DNA of 64,000 bases from Paludibacteraceae bacterium. Its GTDB lineage: Bacteria > Bacillota > Clostridia > Lachnospirales > Lachnospiraceae. The translations under genes were made by a program, and so were the position numbers. Numbering within the stretch: the first letter of the stretch is position 1; each line of letters starts with the position of its first letter. The stretch lies in contig CAVGIV010000004.1 of NCBI GenBank assembly GCA_963629395.1, positions 2,095-66,094 on the forward strand, in the 5' to 3' direction. This document shows, piece by piece, positions 57,992 through 64,000 of the stretch. The notes under the pieces were generated by a model, which saw nothing but the letters and a program-made list of their open reading frames with translations, had not been told where the DNA came from and made no database searches.

Positions 57992-58863
57992 TGCATGCGG
58001 CGCACAATTTGGAAAATGACCTCCCTTGTACTGCGAGCAGTCAGGAAGATGCCTCTCGCACGATGGAAGAGGCTGTAACTTCTATTCTGACCGATTTGAA
58101 CCGGCAGCGCATCGGCATCGGCATGCAGATGGAAAAGTCCACACATGCCATTCTCAAAAACTACAAGGATCCGGATCCTTCCCATCAGGAGGTGCCGGTT
58201 GGGAATTATATCGCCGATCTTTGCGATCCGGCTGCGCACACAATTACCGAAATACAGACAGCGAATTTCGGCGCCATGAAGGAGAAACTGACCGCCTTTC
58301 TAAAGGACTACCAGGTTACCATTGTGCATCCCATTCCGCACCGAAAGACCGTCTGCTGGATTGATCCGTCGACGGGCGAGATCTGCGCAGAAAATTCTTC
58401 GCATTTTATCGGCAGCTTTTACGAGGTCTTCCGCGAGCTGGCCAAGATCGAAGCCTTCCTGACCGATCCCAACCTCGTGATTGAGCCCATCCTTCTGGAC
58501 CTGAAGGAGTACCGCATGCAGGACGGATGGGGGAGCGGCGGCAAACGCGGCTCGCACCGGTTTGACCGCATTCCTTCCGGGATTTATGATGATCTGGTTC
58601 TTAAAAAGCCGGAGGATTATGCCGTATTTTTGCCGCAGGGAGATCTTGCGGGAGCCCTGCCGGATCCGTTCACGACCAAGGATCTGGAGCGTATTGTCGG
58701 CATTCACAGGAAATCGCTTCAGTACTCCGGCGTGCTGCGCGTCCTGACAACGCTGGGCGTAACCGAGCGCGTTGGCATGACGAAAAGCCGTGCGTACCAG
58801 TACCGCATACGGATCCCCAATGAGACCGGGCGGGACTTTTGCCGGAGCAGGCGCAGGAAATGA
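57991..58863 (+). CDS. Hypothetical protein with possible PD-(D/E)xK (CoiA-like D...EIQ) nuclease core and C-terminal wHTH-like segment
   Basis: E48 (MEKSTHAILK), D76 (NYIADL), E87-I-Q89 (ITEIQT). C-terminus TTKDLERIVGIHRKSLQYSGVLRVLTTLGV. TGATG overlap with the upstream gene. An internal start at 58063 is possible. Confidence 0.4.
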   Translation: MHAAHNLENDLPCTASSQEDASRTMEEAVTSILTDLNRQRIGIGMQMEKSTHAILKNYKDPDPSHQEVPVGNYIADLCDPAAHTITEIQTANFGAMKEKLTAFLKDYQVTIVHPIPHRKTVCWIDPSTGEICAENSSHFIGSFYEVFRELAKIEAFLTDPNLVIEPILLDLKEYRMQDGWGSGGKRGSHRFDRIPSGIYDDLVLKKPEDYAVFLPQGDLAGALPDPFTTKDLERIVGIHRKSLQYSGVLRVLTTLGVTERVGMTKSRAYQYRIRIPNETGRDFCRSRRRK

Positions 58864-58936
58864 TGTCTTTCGAAAAAATGTCCGGCTGGAGCGACGGGAC
58901 AATAACCCAGCAAGTATCATAAGGAGACTACAACCC

Positions 58937-60190
58937 ATGGCAGTCATACATTTTGATCAGGAACACATGACAGAGCGGTTTGTCCGCTATGCCGGTATCT
59001 ATACTCAGTCCAAGGAAGGCGTTCCGGATACGCCTTCTACCCCCTGCCAGTTCGATCTGGCAAGGCTCCTGCAGCAAGAGCTCCAGGAGATGGGCGCTTC
59101 TGAGGTCTATCTGGACGAGGAGAAGTGCTACGTCTATGCGACCATTCCCGCCTCCATACCAAAGGCGCCGCAGGAGCTTCTTGCGGCCAGAAAAGATGCC
59201 GTTTTAAAGCGTCGCGAGAATCTCGCACCCATCATTGGTCTTGCGGCGCATATGGATACCTCTGCTGCGGTTGATGCCAGCAGTCATCCGTTCATTCATC
59301 CGCAGGTTACGCGCGATGAGGAGGGCAATGCCATCATTACATCGGATGGCACGACGGTGCTCGGCGGCGATGATAAGGCCGGCGTCACACAGATTATGGA
59401 GGTCGCTGCTTTCCTCTTGCAGCATCCGGAGATCGCCCATGGAACGATTCGCATCATGTTTACGCCGGATGAAGAGGTTGGCAACGGAACGCTTCACATG
59501 GACCAGAGCCGCTTTGCCGTGGACTATGCCTACACCATTGACGGCGGCGGAGCCGGGGAGCTTGAGTATGAGAACTTCAATGCAGCCTCGGCATTCATTG
59601 ACATTCAGGGTGTTTCCACACATCCGGGAAGTGCAAAGGATACGATGATCAACGCACTTCTCCTTGCCATGGAGCTCCAGAGCCTTCTCCCGCAGGCGGA
59701 GCGTCCGGAAACTACTGAGGGGTATGAGGGCTTCTATCACCTGGAGGGACTTTCCGGAACGGCCGATGAGGCCCACATGGAATACATCATTCGTGACCAT
59801 GACCGGAGCAGCTTTGAGGCACGCAAGCTCGTAATGAAGGAAGCGGCTTTGGCCATTCAAAAGCGTTATCCAAGGGCGCAGATTGTCTGCAGGGTTGAAG
59901 ATTCCTATTACAACATGGCCGAAAAAATAAAGCCCCACATGCACCTGGTGGAGAATGCCGTTCATGCCATGGAGGCCATCGGCGTAACTCCCTGCGTGCA
60001 GCCGATCCGCGGCGGCACGGACGGTGCCCGGATGAGCTTTATGGGAATTCCGTGCCCCAACCTTTTCACAGGAGCCTACAAGTATCACAGCAAGAAAGAG
60101 TACGTGCTTGCAAAGGAAATGGTGCTCGGCGCCGAGACCGTTCTGCGCATTCTCAATGCGTATGCAGCCTATACTCTGGATGAGGAATAA
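58937..60190 (+). CDS. pepT: Peptidase T (tripeptide aminopeptidase, M20B)
   Basis: ERFVRYAGIYTQS, AAHMDT, LGGDDKAG, FTPDEEVG, IRGGTDGA. AAGGAG upstream of ATG 58937. Confidence 0.9.
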   Translation: MAVIHFDQEHMTERFVRYAGIYTQSKEGVPDTPSTPCQFDLARLLQQELQEMGASEVYLDEEKCYVYATIPASIPKAPQELLAARKDAVLKRRENLAPIIGLAAHMDTSAAVDASSHPFIHPQVTRDEEGNAIITSDGTTVLGGDDKAGVTQIMEVAAFLLQHPEIAHGTIRIMFTPDEEVGNGTLHMDQSRFAVDYAYTIDGGGAGELEYENFNAASAFIDIQGVSTHPGSAKDTMINALLLAMELQSLLPQAERPETTEGYEGFYHLEGLSGTADEAHMEYIIRDHDRSSFEARKLVMKEAALAIQKRYPRAQIVCRVEDSYYNMAEKIKPHMHLVENAVHAMEAIGVTPCVQPIRGGTDGARMSFMGIPCPNLFTGAYKYHSKKEYVLAKEMVLGAETVLRILNAYAAYTLDEE

Positions 60191-60195
60191 ATCAC

Positions 60196-61716
60196 ATGAA
60201 TGAAACTTTAGCAGCTTCAAAAACGCCGCGCGTGCCCGTGCCGGTAAAGCGTCCTCAACAGGAGCGGGAAGCCGCATCCCGGGAGGAGCTTCTGCGGCAA
60301 GAGGAGTATCTTGCCAAATCCAGAATGTACACGGCACAGCTGGCAGGACTTCTGGGAAGAACGCCGACCTTTCATGTCCACAATTTCGGCTGTCAGATGA
60401 ATGCCCGGGATGCCGAAAAGCTATCCGGCATTCTTTGTTCCTCCGGCTACAAAGAAATCGATGAGGAGTCGGCGGATTTTGTCATTTACAATACCTGCAC
60501 AGTCCGTGACAATGCAGATCAGCATTTCTTCGGACGCCTTGGAAGAGCGGCCCATTATAAGAAATACAATCCCTACATGAAGATTGCTGTCTGCGGCTGC
60601 ATGACGCAGGAGGAGAGTGCTGTTGCCAGGATCAAAAAGAGCTATCCGTACGTAGATCTGATCTTCGGCACGCACAATCTTTTCTGCTTCCCCCAGTACC
60701 TGTGTGAGGTATACGAAACCAAAAGCGGCGCCTTTGACGCGAGGGGGCATAAGGTCACGAGCCTTTGGGATGCGACGGATGAAATCGTCGAGGACCTTCC
60801 GGTTCAGCGTAAATACTCCTATAAGTCCGGCATCAACATCATGTTCGGATGTGACAATTACTGCACATACTGCATTGTCCCTTATGTGCGCGGCCATGAG
60901 CGAAGCCGTGAGCCCGGAGACATCCTTAGGGAATGTGAACGGCTTGCTGCCGACGGCGTCGTAGAGGTGATGCTGCTGGGACAGAATGTCAATTCCTACG
61001 GACGGGATCTGGAAACGAAGTGCTCCTTTGCCGAGCTCCTTGCCGCAGTTTCTGAGGTGAAGGGCATACGGCGCGTCCGCTTTATGACACCGCATCCAAA
61101 AGATATGGGACGCGACGTTCTGGAGGTCATTCGGGATCATCCGAACATTGCAAGACACATTCATTTCCCTCTGCAGTCCGGATCCAATGAGATTCTGCGC
61201 CGAATGAACCGCCGTTATACCAGGGAAGAGTTTCTCGAGCGTGCAGCCATGATCCGCGAAATCGTGCCGGATGCCGCGATTACGACCGACATCATCGCCG
61301 GCTTCCCGGGCGAGACTGCAAAGGACGCCGACGACACCATTGATGTCATTAAAAAGGTCGCCTTCGACAATGCGTACACCTTCATTTATTCGCCGCGCCA
61401 GGGAACCCCTGCTGCCTCCATGCCGCAGGTCCCCAAGGAGGAGGTGCAGCAGAACTTTGACCGGATTCTGGCCACTGTGCAGGCCTGCGCAAGGGAGCGT
61501 GCCGCAGAACTTTCCGGACGCACCATGACCGCTCTTGCCGAGGAGGTCGGGACCCAGGATCCGTCCTACATCACCTGCCGTCTTTCAAACAACGTGATCG
61601 TACACGTCAAGGGAGAGGCCTCTATGATCGGACATTTCTATGATGTGCGGCTGGATGAGTGCAAGGGCTTTTATTATTTTGGTACCGTGCTTGGCGAGAA
61701 CTCCAAGGGGTACTAA
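60196..61716 (+). CDS. miaB: tRNA-i6A37 methylthiotransferase (radical SAM)
   Basis: FHVHNFGCQMN, VIYNTCTVR, CGC, radical-SAM CDNYCTYCIVP, C-terminal TRAM. Confidence 0.9.
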   Translation: MNETLAASKTPRVPVPVKRPQQEREAASREELLRQEEYLAKSRMYTAQLAGLLGRTPTFHVHNFGCQMNARDAEKLSGILCSSGYKEIDEESADFVIYNTCTVRDNADQHFFGRLGRAAHYKKYNPYMKIAVCGCMTQEESAVARIKKSYPYVDLIFGTHNLFCFPQYLCEVYETKSGAFDARGHKVTSLWDATDEIVEDLPVQRKYSYKSGINIMFGCDNYCTYCIVPYVRGHERSREPGDILRECERLAADGVVEVMLLGQNVNSYGRDLETKCSFAELLAAVSEVKGIRRVRFMTPHPKDMGRDVLEVIRDHPNIARHIHFPLQSGSNEILRRMNRRYTREEFLERAAMIREIVPDAAITTDIIAGFPGETAKDADDTIDVIKKVAFDNAYTFIYSPRQGTPAASMPQVPKEEVQQNFDRILATVQACARERAAELSGRTMTALAEEVGTQDPSYITCRLSNNVIVHVKGEASMIGHFYDVRLDECKGFYYFGTVLGENSKGY

Positions 61717-61740
61717 CACACAATATAGAAGAGTGATTTT

Positions 61741-64000
61741 ATGTCTTTTCCTAACATTGAAGATGTATCCCCGATGATGCAGGAATATCTGCGCACCAAG
61801 GAGCAGTATCCGGAATGCCTGCTGTTCTACCGGCTGGGCGACTTTTATGAAATGTTCTTCGACGATGCACTGACCGCATCCAAAGAGCTCGAGCTTACCC
61901 TCACCGGCAAATCCTGCGGCCTTGCCGAACGCGCACCGATGTGCGGCATTCCGTTTCACGCCGTCGACGTCTACATCGCCAAGCTCATTGAAAAGGGCTA
62001 CCGCGTTGCCATCTGCGAGCAGGTAGAGGATCCGAAGCTTGCCAAGGGCCTGGTAAAGCGCGAGGTAACGCGCATTGTAACGCCGGGCACGAACGTAAGC
62101 CCCGAAACACTCGACGAGCACAAAAACAACTACATCCTCGCCATCTTTTATGACGCCGCAAGTGCTCTTGCCGGTATTGCAGTCAGTGATATTTCCACCG
62201 GTGATTTTCTGGCGACGCAGGTAAACGGAACGCAGAAGATTCTGGATGAAATTCAAAAATACATGCCATCGGAAATTGTCTGCAACGAAGCGTTCATGAT
62301 GAGCGGCATCGATGCCGGCGATTTAAAGAACCGCCTTTCCATCACCATCAATACGCTGGATCCGCATTATTTTAACGAGAATGACTGCCGCGAAATCCTG
62401 CTGCGCCATTTTCACGTTTCAAGCCTTCTGGCGCTTGGCATCGATGATCTGAAGGCAGGCACGCTTTCGTGCGGCGCACTTTTGCGGTATCTGTATGACA
62501 CGCAGATGAACGATCTGTCCAACATCACTCGGATTGAAGCCTACCTCTCCGGCAAGTATATGCTGCTGGACACGTCCACGCGGCGCAATCTCGAGCTGAC
62601 GGAGACGCTTCGGGAAAAGAAGGTCCACGGTTCCCTTCTGTGGGTTCTTGACAAGACCAAAACTGCCATGGGCGCCCGCCTTCTGCACCAGTTTCTGGAG
62701 CAGCCGCTGATCGATGCTGCCGAAATTGAGAAACGCCTGGACGCCGTTGAGGCGCTTTCCCTCCAGAGCGTCGACCGGGATGAGCTTCGGGAATATCTCT
62801 CGCCGGTCTATGATCTGGAGCGTCTTCTGACGAAGATCAGCTACGGCAGTGCCAATCCCAGAGACCTTGTAGCCTTCCGGGAATCGCTTCGCATGGTTCG
62901 TCCCATCCGCCAGGTGCTTTCCGGCTTTGAGGGCGATGAATTCTGCCGCATCCGGGAGGACCTTGGTGATTTTGATACCCTGGTTGAGACGCTGACCGCA
63001 GCCATCGCCGATGACCCGCCGCTGGCTATGAAGGAGGGCGGCATCATCAAGGATGGCTATCTTCCGGAAATCGATGCCTTCCGGGAGGCCAAGACCGGCA
63101 GCAAGGATCTCCTGGCCAGGATGGAAGAAACCGTGCGGGAGCAGACCGGTATCCGCGGCCTCAAGATCAAGTACAACAACGTGTTCGGATACTTCTTTGA
63201 AGTTACAAATTCCTTTAAGGATCTTGTGCCGGATAACTTCGAGCGCAAGCAGACGCTCGTCGGCAGTGAGCGGTATACAACCCCCGAGCTTAAAGAGCTT
63301 GAAGCCAGAATTCTTGGGGCGGAGGATAAGCTAAATGACCTCGAATACGAGGAATTTGACAAGCTGCGCAAGCAAATCGCCGGGCGCGTCGTGGAAATTC
63401 AGAAGGCGGCCAAGGCCATTGCCTACCTGGATGTCTATGCCTCACTTTCTCTTACTGCAGAGCGCGGCAGATACGTTCGCCCGCACTTAAATGATAAGGG
63501 ACTGATCCGCATCAAGGAGGGCAGGCATCCCGTTGTCGAACGTATGATGTCCGGCGATTTTATTTCCAATGATACCGTCCTCGACAGTAAAAAGAACAGC
63601 ATCGCTGTGATCACCGGTCCCAACATGGCCGGAAAGTCCACGTACATGCGGCAGGTGGCTTTGATCTGTCTGATGTGCCAGATCGGATCCTTTGTGCCGG
63701 CCGAATCTGCGGATCTTTGCGTAGTGGACCGTATTTTTACCCGCGTCGGCGCCTCCGATGACCTTGGAAGCGGACAGTCGACCTTCATGGTGGAGATGAA
63801 CGAGGTAGCGAACATTCTTCGCAACGCAACGCCCAAATCGCTTCTGATTCTCGATGAAATCGGACGCGGCACCTCCACATTTGACGGCCTCTCGATTGCC
63901 TGGGCCGTTGTGGAATATATTGCCAACCGCAAGATCCTGGGTGCCAAAACACTCTTTGCCACCCATTATCACGAGCTGACTGAGCTCGAAGGCAAGATTT
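61741..64000 (+). CDS. mutS: DNA mismatch repair protein MutS (5' partial; runs off the window)
   Basis: My own translation gives MSFPNIEDVSPMMQEYLRTKEQYPECLLFYRLGDFYEMFFDDA... and later ITGPNMAGKSTYMRQ and DEIGRGTSTFDG. The frame is open to 64000 and is not in the ORF track because it is truncated. Confidence 0.95.
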   Translation, partial: MSFPNIEDVSPMMQEYLRTKEQYPECLLFYRLGDFYEMFFDDALTASKELELTLTGKSCGLAERAPMCGIPFHAVDVYIAKLIEKGYRVAICEQVEDPKLAKGLVKREVTRIVTPGTNVSPETLDEHKNNYILAIFYDAASALAGIAVSDISTGDFLATQVNGTQKILDEIQKYMPSEIVCNEAFMMSGIDAGDLKNRLSITINTLDPHYFNENDCREILLRHFHVSSLLALGIDDLKAGTLSCGALLRYLYDTQMNDLSNITRIEAYLSGKYMLLDTSTRRNLELTETLREKKVHGSLLWVLDKTKTAMGARLLHQFLEQPLIDAAEIEKRLDAVEALSLQSVDRDELREYLSPVYDLERLLTKISYGSANPRDLVAFRESLRMVRPIRQVLSGFEGDEFCRIREDLGDFDTLVETLTAAIADDPPLAMKEGGIIKDGYLPEIDAFREAKTGSKDLLARMEETVREQTGIRGLKIKYNNVFGYFFEVTNSFKDLVPDNFERKQTLVGSERYTTPELKELEARILGAEDKLNDLEYEEFDKLRKQIAGRVVEIQKAAKAIAYLDVYASLSLTAERGRYVRPHLNDKGLIRIKEGRHPVVERMMSGDFISNDTVLDSKKNSIAVITGPNMAGKSTYMRQVALICLMCQIGSFVPAESADLCVVDRIFTRVGASDDLGSGQSTFMVEMNEVANILRNATPKSLLILDEIGRGTSTFDGLSIAWAVVEYIANRKILGAKTLFATHYHELTELEGKI

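Noticed and set aside
1-64000. Searched for CRISPR arrays, IS/transposase, integrase, phage or toxin-antitoxin genes and rRNA
   Set aside because: No regularly spaced direct repeats, recombinase or transposase motifs, or rRNA-like sequence were recognised anywhere in the window.

Overview
This looks like a moderately GC-rich Clostridia-type (Bacillota) chromosomal core region, judged by eye from gene content and codon style. It is densely packed, with about 50 CDS. All are on the + strand except an ABC-F / nnr / rex block at 4.1-8.7 kb. There is one tRNA-Thr. The content is mostly housekeeping: a Re-citrate-synthase-like gene with a GntR regulator and icd; ABC-F, Nnr, Rex, a CNNM/TlyC transporter, YebC, a very long FtsK and FolD; NfnAB-like oxidoreductase, PhoH, YbeY, two FAD proteins, ProB and 5-FCL ligase; LarE and LarB; AroC, Tgt, YajC, LeuB, IlvD, IlvB, an L,D-transpeptidase, SerC, SerA, DUF1015, ArgH, Asd and TopB; a membrane MutS paralogue with RNase HI and dUTPase; GltX, a UvrD-like helicase, PepT, MiaB and the 5' part of MutS. 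I saw no rRNA, CRISPR array, transposase, integrase or phage genes. I cannot point to a clearly novel system. The best candidate is a translationally coupled three-gene module at 55.4-58.9 kb, just downstream of the UvrD-like helicase. It comprises a GH13 debranching-enzyme homologue whose catalytic residues are all substituted, a His-rich small protein, and a PD-(D/E)xK-like protein with a possible wHTH. Other unexplained signals are three dispersed intergenic repeat families and an operator-like array. The repeats are a ~190-210 bp imperfect palindrome in 2 copies, a ~24-nt motif in 4 copies, and a 33-nt motif in 2 copies. The operator-like array is a triple TGTATACA overlapping the promoter of the citrate-synthase-like gene. 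All product calls rest on motif recognition from the supplied translations; no database search was run.
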